This document shows, in pieces, positions 30,329-40,927 of a stretch of 64,000 nt of DNA. The DNA is from a bacterium. Lineage in GTDB: Bacteria > UBA8248. The notes beneath the pieces are model-generated. The model ran no database searches. It was not told where the DNA came from and was given only the letters and a program-made list of their open reading frames with translations. The number at the start of each line of letters is the position of its first letter. The first letter of the stretch is position 1. Where the stretch lies: contig OZ242260.1 of assembly GCA_965207065.1 (NCBI GenBank), positions 3,552,001 through 3,616,000 of the forward strand, given 5' to 3'. The translations under genes and the position numbers were made by a program.

Positions 30329-31057
30329 TCAGGCGGGGCCTACTCGTTCAATTATATTCGACATCTCGCGCACGGCTCTCTCAAAACCGACGAAAACAGA
30401 ATGTGAAACAATGCTGTGGCCAATGTTCAGTTCCTGCAGGTGGGGGAGTTGGGCCACAGCTTGCACATTGAGATAAGTGAGTCCGTGGCCTGCGTGAACG
30501 CCGAGGCCGAGGTCATGGGCCCGTATAGAAGCTTCGCTGAGCGAGGCCAACTCTTTTTCCTGAGAAAGTTCCCCCCTGGCTTCAGAATAAGCAGCCGTGT
30601 TCAGCTCCACGAAATCTGCGCTTAACTCTTTTGCGGCTTCAATTTGTTCGGGATGCGGGTCGATGAAAAGACTCAAGAGCAACCCGGCATCTCGCAGCGG
30701 CTTCATTAAACCGGCTATCTGTTCGATGTTGCCTGCCACATCCAAGCCGCCCTCGGTCGTTATCTCCTCGCGCCGCTCCGGAACAAGGGTAACCTGCTCC
30801 GGCTTCACATCAAGGGCAATGCCTTGCATCTCAGCTACAGGCGCCATCTCGAGGTTGAGCTTGCCCCGAACCACTTGGCGCATCAGCCTCAAGTCCCTGT
30901 CCTGGATATGCCTTCTGTCTTCACGAAGGTGAATGGTGATACCTATCGCTCCCACTCGTTCCGCGATGAGTGCAGCCGCCACCGGATCGGGCTCATTCGT
31001 CTTTCGCGCTTCACGGATGGTGGCGACATGGTCCACATTCACACAGAGTTTAGGCAT
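30329..31057 (-). CDS. pdxJ: Pyridoxine 5'-phosphate synthase
   Basis: [39 protein letters not shown]. Confidence 0.97.
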   Translation of the reverse strand: MPKLCVNVDHVATIREARKTNEPDPVAAALIAERVGAIGITIHLREDRRHIQDRDLRLMRQVVRGKLNLEMAPVAEMQGIALDVKPEQVTLVPERREEITTEGGLDVAGNIEQIAGLMKPLRDAGLLLSLFIDPHPEQIEAAKELSADFVELNTAAYSEARGELSQEKELASLSEASIRAHDLGLGVHAGHGLTYLNVQAVAQLPHLQELNIGHSIVSHSVFVGFERAVREMSNIIERVGPA

Positions 31058-31169
31058 CTTTCTCCTCAACACCATAAGTCCAATACGATGCCAACAGGAC
31101 GGTCTCCTCCAGAGCGTCAGACTCCAGAGGCGCTTACATCTGCATCATAAATCGAAATATAGGGAGAAA

Positions 31170-33089
31170 CTAGGCTTGGCCGGGCGCCAGGTCAGTCGGC
31201 GAAGACTGCGGGTCATCACGAGGTTTTTCCTCCGGTTGTGGTGAAGCCGAAGTGTCTTGTTCGCCAACCTCGTCTTTACGCTTGCGACTCCTGGTAATCT
31301 GCCCGGTTTCCATCAAAGACTCGATATCTTTAAGATCGATGGTTTCATACTCGAGCAGCGCATTGGCGAGCAAATCGAGCTTGTCCCGATTTTCCTCAAG
31401 CAATTTATACGCTCTCTCATAACTCGACGAAACCATATTCTTCACTTCATTATCAATTTCAAGGGCCACCTGGTCGCTATAGTCCCTGTGTTGGGAAATT
31501 TCACGCCCCAGGAAGATTTGCTCATGTTTTTTCCCATATGCCAATGGACCGAGCTTTTCGCTCATCCCCCATTCACAAACCATGCTTCTCGCCAAGTCAG
31601 TCGACGTCTGGATGTCGGCTTTCGCACCTGTCGTTAATTCCTCAAAAACCAGCATCTCCGCCGCACGTCCACCCATCAGGCAAGCAAGCTGATTCGTTAA
31701 AAATGTTTTGTCGTTGCTATAACGATCTTCGAGAGGCGAAGACCACGTGCTTCCCAACGAAAAACCTCGTGGAATGATCGTCACTTTCTCGACGGGGTCC
31801 GTCCCCGGTATCAGCAATGAAACAAGGGCGTGCCCCGCTTCGTGATAGGCTGTATTTCTCTTTTCTTTTTCGCTGAGCGCCATGCTACGCCGCTCTTTGC
31901 CCATCAAGACTTTATCCTTCGCTTCCATCAGATCTTCATTTTCAACAGAACGTTTCCCCCGGCGCGCCGCAAGAAGTGCGGATTCGTTCAAAAGGTTCGC
32001 CAGATCAGCGCCCGCAAAGCGCGGAGTTCCACGCGCTATAAGATTCAAATCGACGGTTTCATCGAGCGGCACCTTCTCCGCATGCACTTTCAAAATCGCC
32101 AATCGGCCTTTTATGTCGGGCAGGGAAACCACAATCTGGCGGTCAAAGCGACCTGGCCGTAGGAGAGCCGGGTCCAACACGTCCGGGCGGTTCGTCGCCG
32201 CTATCAGGATGACCCCATCATTCGATTCAAAACCATCCATCTCGACAAGAAGTTGATTCAGCGTCTGCTCACGTTCATCGTGGCCGCCACCGAGTCCGGC
32301 GCCCCTATGACGCCCGACAGCATCTATCTCATCAATGAATATGATGCACGGCGCATTCGCCTTGCCCTGTTCGAACAAATCCCGAACTCTCGACGCCCCG
32401 ACCCCGACAAACATCTCCACAAAACTAGAGCCGCTTATCGAGAAAAACGGCACATCCGCTTCGCCCGCAATGGCCCGCGCCAGCAGGGTTTTACCCGTGC
32501 CCGGTGGGCCAACCATCAGAACACCCTTGGGAATACGTGCGCCCAGGCGTGTGAACTTTTGCGGATCGCGGAGAAAATCAACGAGTTCTTCGAGTTCTTC
32601 CTTGGCTTCCTCGATGCCGGCCACATCAGCGAACGTGATTTTTTTCTTCGCGGATTCGGGCATCATTCGTGCTTTGCTTTTACCAAACGACAGAGCTTTC
32701 GAACCACCCATTTGCATCTGGCGCATGAAGAAAATCCAAACGCCCAGCATCACCAGCATGGGCAGCCAACTCAACAACATATTCATATACCAGGAATTTT
32801 GTTCTACTGGCTGCGCCGTGATGCGAACACCTTTGGCCCTGAGGGTGTCGATCAATTTCGGGTCCTTGGGAGCGTGGGTATGGAAGGATCTACCGCTAAG
32901 GTAGCGACCCCGGATGTTGTCACCCTGGACTACAACTTCGCTCACCTGTCCTTCAGACACCGCTTGCAAAAAATCGCTATAAACAACCGTTCTATCCGTC
33001 GAGCGTGGGCTATTGAAGGCCTGGAACAAACCCACCATTATCAAGCCGATAATCAGCCAAAGCGCCAAATTCTTGTAAAATTGATTCAA
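31170..33089 (-). CDS. ftsH: ATP-dependent Zn metalloprotease FtsH
   Basis: Two TM helices, [17 protein letters not shown] motif, HEAGH; TTG at 33089. Confidence 0.98.
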   Translation of the reverse strand: MNQFYKNLALWLIIGLIMVGLFQAFNSPRSTDRTVVYSDFLQAVSEGQVSEVVVQGDNIRGRYLSGRSFHTHAPKDPKLIDTLRAKGVRITAQPVEQNSWYMNMLLSWLPMLVMLGVWIFFMRQMQMGGSKALSFGKSKARMMPESAKKKITFADVAGIEEAKEELEELVDFLRDPQKFTRLGARIPKGVLMVGPPGTGKTLLARAIAGEADVPFFSISGSSFVEMFVGVGASRVRDLFEQGKANAPCIIFIDEIDAVGRHRGAGLGGGHDEREQTLNQLLVEMDGFESNDGVILIAATNRPDVLDPALLRPGRFDRQIVVSLPDIKGRLAILKVHAEKVPLDETVDLNLIARGTPRFAGADLANLLNESALLAARRGKRSVENEDLMEAKDKVLMGKERRSMALSEKEKRNTAYHEAGHALVSLLIPGTDPVEKVTIIPRGFSLGSTWSSPLEDRYSNDKTFLTNQLACLMGGRAAEMLVFEELTTGAKADIQTSTDLARSMVCEWGMSEKLGPLAYGKKHEQIFLGREISQHRDYSDQVALEIDNEVKNMVSSSYERAYKLLEENRDKLDLLANALLEYETIDLKDIESLMETGQITRSRKRKDEVGEQDTSASPQPEEKPRDDPQSSPTDLAPGQA

Positions 33090-33186
33090 AATGCATTCCT
33101 TCTTATTACGGGTGAGTATATCTCTAAACCCTGAAAACACGTTATCAAGATTTTTCCCATCCGTCTACGAGTTAAACTTCAAATCA

Positions 33187-34671
33187 CTAAGCCAACGAAC
33201 TTAAGAACTTACTATCTTCATTCTCTAGCAACGCTTTAAGGGTAACACCCCTCTTTTCATCCCCATCAAGCCGAAATTCCGCTGAAACCTGGTGCCCTAT
33301 GATCCATGCCACCTTATCTCCTACGGTCAGGAGTGGTATCCGACTCCTGACGGGTCTCGGTACTTTTTGTTCTATGAAGTAATCCTTGAGTTTCTTCTCT
33401 TTTGTTCGTCCCAAAGAATGGAATCGATCTCCATCGCGCCGGGTCCGGATACAAGCATCCACCCCCAGCTTTTCCAGATCAAAACGCGCCTCCCATGCCC
33501 CTTTCGTATGATGCGTGAAATCGCATGAAGCCTCTATTTCTAAACATAGTGAATGATGGACCGTCTTTCCTGGAATCCGCAGCTTTTTCTCCTCATCCAG
33601 CTTAGAGTCAATATGGGAACAACCGAAAATTAGACGGTCATATTCCCTTCTCGCTTCCAAGCCACCCGGCAAACTCAACACTGCTGAGGGCTTATCCCCC
33701 ATTGCCAGGCCTTCCAGGTCTTCAATCCATTTTCGCAGAGCACGCCTGCGGGCGTGAGCAGGCGATTCGTCCCTGAGCATGTTCAGCACCGAGCGCCAAA
33801 GCTCGGCTCTAAGCGATTGAGAGAGTTCTTGCACTTCACGTAAAGGAAAAACAATGAGCTCCCCATTATCTTCACGGATGAATTTCGCACTCAAATCCTT
33901 GGACATTTCATTTATGAAAGAGACAAGCGGGGCCGATATCTCTGCACTCTTGGCGATTCCGCTGACAGCCGCATCGCCTATATGTTCTCTTACGACTGGC
34001 ATAATTTTTTTGCGTATCCGGTTTCTAAGGCGACTCTCGTCTGCATTCGTTTCATCCTCGACCCAAGAGATGCCCTGAGCCTCCAAATATTCCAAGATCT
34101 CCTTGCGCGACACATTCAGCAAAGGCCGGATGATGTCGAACCCGTCTTCTCCTTTCGACGATAATGGGGTCCGCCACTTCATGCCTGAAATCCCTCTCAC
34201 GCCTGCTCCTTCAAATAAACGCATGAGCACGGTTTCAGCTTGATCATCTATGTTGTGGGCCAACGCGAGTGTATCGGCGCCAATCTCCTTGGCGACCGTC
34301 AGAAAAGCCAAACGTCTCGATTCGCGAGCAGCTCCTTCGAGTCCCAATTGCGCTATTCGAGACACACGAACATGCTCGCAACGAAAATCGATGTTGAATC
34401 GCAAACAGATCTGCTCGGCATGCGCAGCATCTTTTTTTGAAAGATCTCCACGGAGCCCGTGTTCTACATGAACAGCACACAAGTGTTGAGATTTCGGCAG
34501 GGTCGACTTTAAGGATAACAATAGAGCCGTGGAATCCGCGCCACCGGAAAAACCGACCAGCAAAGGGGTAGACTTGGCCTTATAAACAGATTTTTTGAGA
34601 CCCTTTCTCACCTTGGCTTCAAATGCTTTTTTGATCTTCAAAATAGTGGTTGGCGAGGCATCCGATATCAC
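33187..34671 (-). CDS. tilS: tRNA(Ile)-lysidine synthetase
   Basis: SGGADS, AH..DDQAET, IRPLL, RNRIR, TilS_C KKLKDYFI..KVP. Confidence 0.96.
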   Translation of the reverse strand: MISDASPTTILKIKKAFEAKVRKGLKKSVYKAKSTPLLVGFSGGADSTALLLSLKSTLPKSQHLCAVHVEHGLRGDLSKKDAAHAEQICLRFNIDFRCEHVRVSRIAQLGLEGAARESRRLAFLTVAKEIGADTLALAHNIDDQAETVLMRLFEGAGVRGISGMKWRTPLSSKGEDGFDIIRPLLNVSRKEILEYLEAQGISWVEDETNADESRLRNRIRKKIMPVVREHIGDAAVSGIAKSAEISAPLVSFINEMSKDLSAKFIREDNGELIVFPLREVQELSQSLRAELWRSVLNMLRDESPAHARRRALRKWIEDLEGLAMGDKPSAVLSLPGGLEARREYDRLIFGCSHIDSKLDEEKKLRIPGKTVHHSLCLEIEASCDFTHHTKGAWEARFDLEKLGVDACIRTRRDGDRFHSLGRTKEKKLKDYFIEQKVPRPVRSRIPLLTVGDKVAWIIGHQVSAEFRLDGDEKRGVTLKALLENEDSKFLSSLA

Positions 34672-34702
34672 CTGAAATATCCTCCCCTAAGCGGCGAGGA
34701 AA

Positions 34703-34779
34703 TGGTAGCGGCGGAGGGACTTGAACCCCCAACACTACGGATATGAGCCGTATGCTCTAACCGGTTGAGCTACGCCGCC
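34703..34779 (-). tRNA. tRNA-Met(CAT), elongator type
   Basis: GGCGGCGTAGCTCAACCGGTTAGAGCATACGGCT-CAT-ATCCGTAGTGTTGGGGGTTCAAGTCCCTCCGCCGCTACCA: 77 nt cloverleaf with encoded CCA. It has no C1 mismatch or triple G-C anticodon stem of fMet. Confidence 0.92.
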
Positions 34780-34944
34780 AGAATGCACCCCGTCAGGGAG
34801 ACTGCTTGGGTCGGAAGATGGCGAAAATAAACATGGCCGAGAGAATATAGAAAAAAACCTGTATGCCAATGTCATCCATGCGAAAGCCTACCATCAAGCA
34901 TAAATACCCCAAAAAGAGCAATATCAGAATTTCGATTTCACGCC

Positions 34945-35136
34945 TCATTTGTCATTTGCTCCCTGTTCTAGGCCTTCGGACGAAGACGGCATTTCCTTCG
35001 ATTGCGTTTGCTGTAACCTCAAGTCCGGTGAAAATTCCGGACAAAAAATCGCCCCGTTCGGTTCATTGCGATACTTCAGGCGGCAACCCTCTCGCCAAGC
35101 GCAAACAGCGCACTCACGAACTCCCTGGTAGGCCAC
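34945..35136 (-). CDS. Small four-cysteine hypothetical protein (63 aa)
   Basis: AAGGAG RBS then GTG at 35136; CAVCAWREGC...FCPEFSPD. Confidence 0.6.
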   Translation of the reverse strand: MAYQGVRECAVCAWREGCRLKYRNEPNGAIFCPEFSPDLRLQQTQSKEMPSSSEGLEQGANDK

Positions 35137-35318
35137 GCTTGAATATCTCCTTCCAAAATTCCGCCTCACTATCAGGAGCAAAATATAAATGCCTGGAACC
35201 GAAAACGTCAAGTTTTCTATTTTTTTCGGCTTTCCCTTCCCATGAACCCCAGAGCCGAACAGCACTTCATAGAAAATCCAAAAACAGCTTCAAAACAAAA
35301 ACCTGAAAACCCTGTGAA

Positions 35319-37031
35319 TTACCTGACGGATTTCATTTCTTCGGAAACCAGATTTTCCAAAAAAGATACCGACTCGCTAATCGCTACAAGTTGTGTTTCT
35401 CCCGTCCTTCTCGATTTTATCTCGATTTTACCTTCCTTGAGCCCCCGGGGTCCGATGACCGCTTTGTAAGGGAACCCGATGAGATCGGCATCCTTGAATT
35501 TCACGCCCGGGCGCTCATCCCTGTCATCAAGCGCGACATCCAGCCCTGCGGCCTCGAGCGAGTCGTAGATGTGGTTACAAACCTTCATGGTTTCATCATC
35601 CACTCTCACCGGAATGATGTCCACATGATATGGAGCGATAGGAGTCGGCCAGATGATGCCGTCCTCATCATGGTTCTGCTCTATCGCCGCCGCGACTGTC
35701 CGGCCGACGCCAATGCCATAACAGCCCATGACGATAGTGTGCGTCTCACCATTCTCGTCCTGATAGGTAGCGTCCAGGGCATCAGAATACTTGCAACCCA
35801 GCTTGAAGACATGCCCCACTTCGATGCCGCGCCTGATGCTGAGCATCGCCTCGCAATTGGGACAGGCATCTCCTTCCTGTGCAACAGTGAGGTCTGCAAA
35901 TACGCCTGCGGTGAAGTCACGACCCTCCCGAGCGCCTGTGTAGTGATAGTTCGTTTGATTCGCCCCGATAATAAGCCCTTCGCTATTTTCAATGGCGTAA
36001 TCCGCCACAAGCCGAACATCCGACAAACCCACAGGGCCTGCAAAGCCCACCTCAGAGTTTGTAAGCTTCTCTACCGTCTCGGCGTCGGCAAGCTCGATAT
36101 CCACCGCATCAAGCGCATTTTTCAGTTTGATCTCATTTAATTCCCTGTGGCCTGGAATCATAGCGGCCACCGGCTCACCATCAGCGACATATAAAAGAGT
36201 TTTTAACATGCGATATGGAGGCAACGAAAAGAATTCCGAAACTTCTTCTATCGAATGAGCGCCAGGGGTATGAACTTTTTCAAGTTCGCCACCCTCATTC
36301 TCGGGCAACTTCAAAGATACCGGCGATTTTTCCACATTCGCTGCGTACCCACACGAATCACATACGGAGATTGCCTCCTCGCCAGTATCAGCCATTACCA
36401 TGAACTCGTGCGAAAAACTCCCACCGATGGCCCCTGAATCCGCCTCCACAGCACTGAACTTCAGACCACAACGTTGAAATATTCGGGTATAGGCTTGCAC
36501 CATTTCTTCATAACTATTTTCCGCGCCCGCCTCGTCTCTATCAAAGCTGTAGCCGTCCTTCATCGTAAACTCCCGTCCACGCATCACACCGAAACGGGGC
36601 CTGATCTCGTCTCTGAATTTCGTTTGAATCTGGTAGAGATTGAGCGGCAAGTCCCGATAGCTCCTGACCTCGCGCGCCACCAGATCGGTGATTACCTCCT
36701 CATGCGTGGGACCCAGACAAAAATCACGCCCATGGCGATCTTTCAAGCGGATCAATTCTTTGCCATATACTTCCCATCGTCCAGTTTTTTGCCAAAGCTC
36801 GGCGGGATTCAGCGTAGGCATAAAAACTTCTTGCGCACCTGCGCGATTCAACTCTTCACGCAGTATCTGTTCGACTTTGCGCTGCACGCGTACGCCGAGG
36901 GGCAAGAGCGTATATACGCCAGCCGCCAATCGGCGGATCATGCCTGAGCGCACCATAAGAGTATGGCTGACGACTTCCGCTTCGGCGGGCGCTTCTTTTA
37001 ATGTGGGCAAAAACCCTCGTGAGAATCTCAT
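35319..37031 (-). CDS. proS: Proline--tRNA ligase
   Basis: LGPTHEE, FRDEIRPRFG.MRGREF, INS editing domain, GCYGIG, GVKFKDADLIG. Confidence 0.98.
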   Translation of the reverse strand: MRFSRGFLPTLKEAPAEAEVVSHTLMVRSGMIRRLAAGVYTLLPLGVRVQRKVEQILREELNRAGAQEVFMPTLNPAELWQKTGRWEVYGKELIRLKDRHGRDFCLGPTHEEVITDLVAREVRSYRDLPLNLYQIQTKFRDEIRPRFGVMRGREFTMKDGYSFDRDEAGAENSYEEMVQAYTRIFQRCGLKFSAVEADSGAIGGSFSHEFMVMADTGEEAISVCDSCGYAANVEKSPVSLKLPENEGGELEKVHTPGAHSIEEVSEFFSLPPYRMLKTLLYVADGEPVAAMIPGHRELNEIKLKNALDAVDIELADAETVEKLTNSEVGFAGPVGLSDVRLVADYAIENSEGLIIGANQTNYHYTGAREGRDFTAGVFADLTVAQEGDACPNCEAMLSIRRGIEVGHVFKLGCKYSDALDATYQDENGETHTIVMGCYGIGVGRTVAAAIEQNHDEDGIIWPTPIAPYHVDIIPVRVDDETMKVCNHIYDSLEAAGLDVALDDRDERPGVKFKDADLIGFPYKAVIGPRGLKEGKIEIKSRRTGETQLVAISESVSFLENLVSEEMKSVR

Positions 37032-37044
37032 CAATCAGATTTTC

Positions 37045-38295
37045 TTAGGAGTGAGTTACTTCAAATTGACCTTTTTCGTATTGCTCCGCAAGTTGCTCTA
37101 CGCGCTCAACCAAGTTTTTCTTGATGTCCTCATAGGATACCAGGCCTGACTTTTCGCCTTTCATGAAAATCAGAGCGCGCTTATGGCCGCCGGCCACACC
37201 GATGTCGGCATCTCTCGCCTCACCAGGACCGTTCACTTCACAACCCATGACGGCCACCGTGATGGGGGCATCGATATGGGCAAGTTCCTGCTCTACTTCC
37301 ATGGTGAGCTTATCCACGTCAATTTGAACACGTCCGCACGATGGACACGCGACAACATTCACGCCCTTTTGGCGTAATTTCAGGCTCTTCAGGATTTCGT
37401 AGCCCACACGCACTTCCTCCACCGGGTCCGCCGCCAAAGAAACGCGAATGGTGTCGCCAATGCCTTCCGAGAGCAGAATTCCCAGCCCGACAGCGCTTTT
37501 TATGCTGCCCGTCTGAAGGCTTCCACTTTCCGTGATTCCCAGGTGAAGAGGGTACTCGACGCGTTTCGACATCAATCGATAGGCCTTCACCGCCCTCGCG
37601 ACATCGGAAGCCTTTAGAGAGATTTTCGTATCATAAAAGTTGCGCTTCTCCAGCATGGCGACATGACGCAAGCCACTCTCAACCATCGCCTCAGGCGTTG
37701 CGCCGCCAAAGCGATCAAGCAGATGCTTTTCCAAAGAGCCGGCGTTCACGCCAACACGAATGGGCAAGCCGTGATCCTTCGCGGCAGCGACTACTTCGCT
37801 CACCCTTTCCTCCCCATTGATGTTGCCCGGGTTAATTCGCAAACAATCGATACCCGCATCCGCCGCCATCAGGGCATAGCGATGGTCGAAATGGATATCC
37901 GCAACCAAAGGCATCTCGGTTCGTTTTCTGATTTCATAGAGCGCGTTCGCCGACTTCTCGTCAGGAACGGCCAACCGCACAATCTCGCACCCGGCAGCTT
38001 CCAGCCGTTTGATTTGGTCTACGGTTGCTTCCACATCATGCGTGAAAGTGTTGCACATCGATTGCACTACGATGGGAGCACCACCGCCAATCTTGACGCC
38101 TCGTACTTCGAGTTGAGAACTTTTTCGCCGATTCAGCGGGAACAAAGACGGATCCGCGCAAGGCAACTCCTCGCCAGTTTCATCCGCACCAACCATCGGC
38201 AGGACAGTGTTGTTCTGCTCTTTGGGAGGCAAACCGATTCCTGCTATGGGTTTCGTGTAAAACACGTCGTCTGTAAATGGCTCAAACATTGCCAA
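37045..38295 (-). CDS. ispG: HMBPP synthase
   Basis: VQSM, VADIHF, RINPGN, RVGVNAGSLE, LHLGITE, GDTIRVSL, CPSCGR, MGCEVNGPGE. Confidence 0.97.
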   Translation of the reverse strand: MAMFEPFTDDVFYTKPIAGIGLPPKEQNNTVLPMVGADETGEELPCADPSLFPLNRRKSSQLEVRGVKIGGGAPIVVQSMCNTFTHDVEATVDQIKRLEAAGCEIVRLAVPDEKSANALYEIRKRTEMPLVADIHFDHRYALMAADAGIDCLRINPGNINGEERVSEVVAAAKDHGLPIRVGVNAGSLEKHLLDRFGGATPEAMVESGLRHVAMLEKRNFYDTKISLKASDVARAVKAYRLMSKRVEYPLHLGITESGSLQTGSIKSAVGLGILLSEGIGDTIRVSLAADPVEEVRVGYEILKSLKLRQKGVNVVACPSCGRVQIDVDKLTMEVEQELAHIDAPITVAVMGCEVNGPGEARDADIGVAGGHKRALIFMKGEKSGLVSYEDIKKNLVERVEQLAEQYEKGQFEVTHS

Positions 38296-38299
38296 ATCC

Positions 38300-39496
38300 C
38301 TATTTGCCTTTGGTGCTCTGAGAAGATGGTTTTGTTACGTCCTTCATTTTCCCTACTTGCTTCTCTTTTTTCGTTATCGCTGCCGGTACACTACCAAAAA
38401 GATAGTACACGCTGTCCTTATAGGTGGCAAAGATCATTAAACCGATGAGCAGAACAGTACCCACTTGCATGGCCATCTCCCGGACCCTGAGACTAATAGG
38501 TCTGCCACGCAAGCTTTCAATAAGCAAGAAAAAAATATGGCCACCATCGAGAACCGGAATCGGCAGCAAGTTCAAAATCGCCAGATTGACGCTGAGCAAA
38601 ATCGTAAACATGACAAGATAGCGAAATCCGCGCTGCGCCTGCTCTGCGGCCACCACAGAAATACGAATCGGCCCGCCAATGTCCGCAGGAATGGTCTTCG
38701 TCAGCATCGAATACAACGTAATGACCGTTAAGCTGGCGATGCGATAGTTTTGCTCAAAACCCTTTCCCAAAGACTCAAAGAAGCCGAAACGCTCGGTATA
38801 GGTGCCTTGACCGATACTGATGCCGATTCGGCCGTAACCTAAATCTTTGCCCGTCGAACTCATCGATGTCGGAACAATGGGCGTTTCAAAGGATTTGCGA
38901 CCGCGTTCCACCGTCAACACGAGTTTTTGATCGGCATTTTTTCGAACTATTTCGACAAGCTCGGACCATCTTTGAATTCTCGTCCCATCAATGGCCACGA
39001 TGTGATCGCCGGTTTCAAGGTTCGCTTTTTGCGCAGGCGTATCGGGCAAAACACCGCCTACCCACGTGCCAGGCACTGGAATACCACCAAGGTGCAATCC
39101 CCAACTGAGGAGTATCGCCAGGATGACATTAAACAAGGGTCCCGCTGAAATGACAGCCAATCGGTGACTCACAGGACGTAAATAGAAAGATTTCTCCGGC
39201 TCATCCGGCACTTTGGGCGCATCTGGATTGTCAGCTTGCGCTTCCGGGTCTTCTCCTACAAGCTTTACATAGCCACCCAAAGGGATTAGGGAAACGCGAT
39301 ATTCCGTCTCTCCCCGCTGGAAACCCCAGATACGACGACCGAAGCCCAAGGAAAATGTGGAAACGCCGATTTTGAGCCATTTCGCGACGAGATGATGGCC
39401 CAATTCATGGATAAAAATGAGTAACCCCAGAACCAGCACAGCCCAGAAAATCGTCTGCCCAAACCCCATCACCCAGTTTATGATTTGCATCGCCAT
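38300..39496 (-). CDS. rseP: RIP metalloprotease RseP
   Basis: HELGH, PLGGYV, AGPLFN, PDZ domain, NLLPIPVLDGG. Confidence 0.96.
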   Translation of the reverse strand: MAMQIINWVMGFGQTIFWAVLVLGLLIFIHELGHHLVAKWLKIGVSTFSLGFGRRIWGFQRGETEYRVSLIPLGGYVKLVGEDPEAQADNPDAPKVPDEPEKSFYLRPVSHRLAVISAGPLFNVILAILLSWGLHLGGIPVPGTWVGGVLPDTPAQKANLETGDHIVAIDGTRIQRWSELVEIVRKNADQKLVLTVERGRKSFETPIVPTSMSSTGKDLGYGRIGISIGQGTYTERFGFFESLGKGFEQNYRIASLTVITLYSMLTKTIPADIGGPIRISVVAAEQAQRGFRYLVMFTILLSVNLAILNLLPIPVLDGGHIFFLLIESLRGRPISLRVREMAMQVGTVLLIGLMIFATYKDSVYYLFGSVPAAITKKEKQVGKMKDVTKPSSQSTKGK

Positions 39497-39510
39497 TCTC
39501 GAATGATTCC

Positions 39511-40245
39511 TTATTTTTTACTGGCCGCACCGGCCGGCATTTGTAGAACTTCGACATTTGGCGGCACGATAAACTGAAATTCCTCTTTTGCGATTTTGAC
39601 GTTTTCTTTGACATTTGAAAACCGCAGGTGACTTTTGTTGCCTATGTTATCAATATAAGCCAAAGCAAGGATTCTGAAATTCTCAGGTTCCACCTCGAGC
39701 CACATCCGGCGAAACGCAGCACCCGCAGACTTCGGCTCCAAGCGAATACGATGGGGTTGACCGGCTTTCCAGATTCCTCCGCTTCGTCTGGCAACTCCAA
39801 TCTCTTCCACTGTGACATGAAAATTCTTCTTCAAATTCCCCTTGCCGGACAAAAATAACAATGGGGTGGCGCCTAATCCACTCCCCCCGTTATCGGAGAC
39901 CATAACCTGCCTGAAACGCGCAGTATAGAGCCAAAACGTACGACCATCGGAAACCATAACCTGCTTTTCAGGCTTGACATACTCCATGCGCAGTTTGCCG
40001 GGTTTCATCCACAAGAGGCTTCCGCTCGACGTCGTCGTTCGCCCAAGAGATTTCAATTCATTTTTCTGCTCGAAAGAGGCTTGCAGAGAATCGAGCACGT
40101 CATATTTTTTCTGCAGCTCACTGATTATTTTCTCCGCCTTCAGACGCGATTCTTCCGCTAGAGACGTACCAAGAGCGTATCCTTGCATGAGCGCGATAAA
40201 CAAAAAAACAACTGCCAGTCTTAAGAAGAAATCTGATTTGCGCAA
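39511..40245 (-). CDS. lolA: Outer-membrane lipoprotein carrier
   Basis: ASFEQ, KPGKLRMEY..P, VSDG, FQFIVPPNVEV; start uncertain. Confidence 0.87.
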   Translation of the reverse strand: MRKSDFFLRLAVVFLFIALMQGYALGTSLAEESRLKAEKIISELQKKYDVLDSLQASFEQKNELKSLGRTTTSSGSLLWMKPGKLRMEYVKPEKQVMVSDGRTFWLYTARFRQVMVSDNGGSGLGATPLLFLSGKGNLKKNFHVTVEEIGVARRSGGIWKAGQPHRIRLEPKSAGAAFRRMWLEVEPENFRILALAYIDNIGNKSHLRFSNVKENVKIAKEEFQFIVPPNVEVLQMPAGAASKK

Positions 40246-40270
40246 AACTTTTGTAATCCTCTTTGAATGA

Positions 40271-40924
40271 TTACTCCGAAACAGGCGAGATGAAACCGCT
40301 ACCCTCCTGATGAGCGTTCCCTGAATACTGCACAACACCATCGACGCAGTGAACACTCCCCTCGGCGATGAGCCTTACCGCCAATGGGTATATTCTGTGT
40401 TCATAACCGAGAATTCTCTCCGAAAGGGTTACTTCATCATCATGAGGTAACACCGGTACGGCGGCTTGTAAAATGATCGGCCCCGTATCCACTCCTTCGT
40501 CCACAAAGTGGACCGTGCAGCCAGTCACTGTCACACCAGCATCTAAAGCTTTTTTTTGCGCATGCAGACCAGGGAAACTCGGTAGAAGCGAGGGATGAAT
40601 GTTGATGATTTTCCCTGGAAAGCGACTTACAAACTCCGGCGGTAAAATCCGCATAAAACCAGCACAACAGATTAGATCGATTTCGCAATTTTCGATCTCA
40701 TCTCCCATCTTCAGGTAAAACCCTTCCTCTTTGGGTGCGAGATGTCTATGTCGTAATCCAGCTATAGAGGCGCGCTCAAGGGCGTACGAATTCCTTTTGT
40801 CACTCAGTACCAATACGACTTCCGCCGGAAAATCCGATTTCTGCCCGGCATCAATGAGGGCTTGCAGGTTCGACCCACGCCCAGAGGCCAAAACACCCAC
40901 TCGTAATCGTGTCCTTGCATGCAC
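40271..40924 (-). CDS. purN: Phosphoribosylglycinamide formyltransferase
   Basis: SGRGSNL, AGFMRIL, NIHPSLLP, GCTVHFV, DTGPII. Confidence 0.97.
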   Translation of the reverse strand: MHARTRLRVGVLASGRGSNLQALIDAGQKSDFPAEVVLVLSDKRNSYALERASIAGLRHRHLAPKEEGFYLKMGDEIENCEIDLICCAGFMRILPPEFVSRFPGKIINIHPSLLPSFPGLHAQKKALDAGVTVTGCTVHFVDEGVDTGPIILQAAVPVLPHDDEVTLSERILGYEHRIYPLAVRLIAEGSVHCVDGVVQYSGNAHQEGSGFISPVSE

Positions 40925-40927
40925 TAT

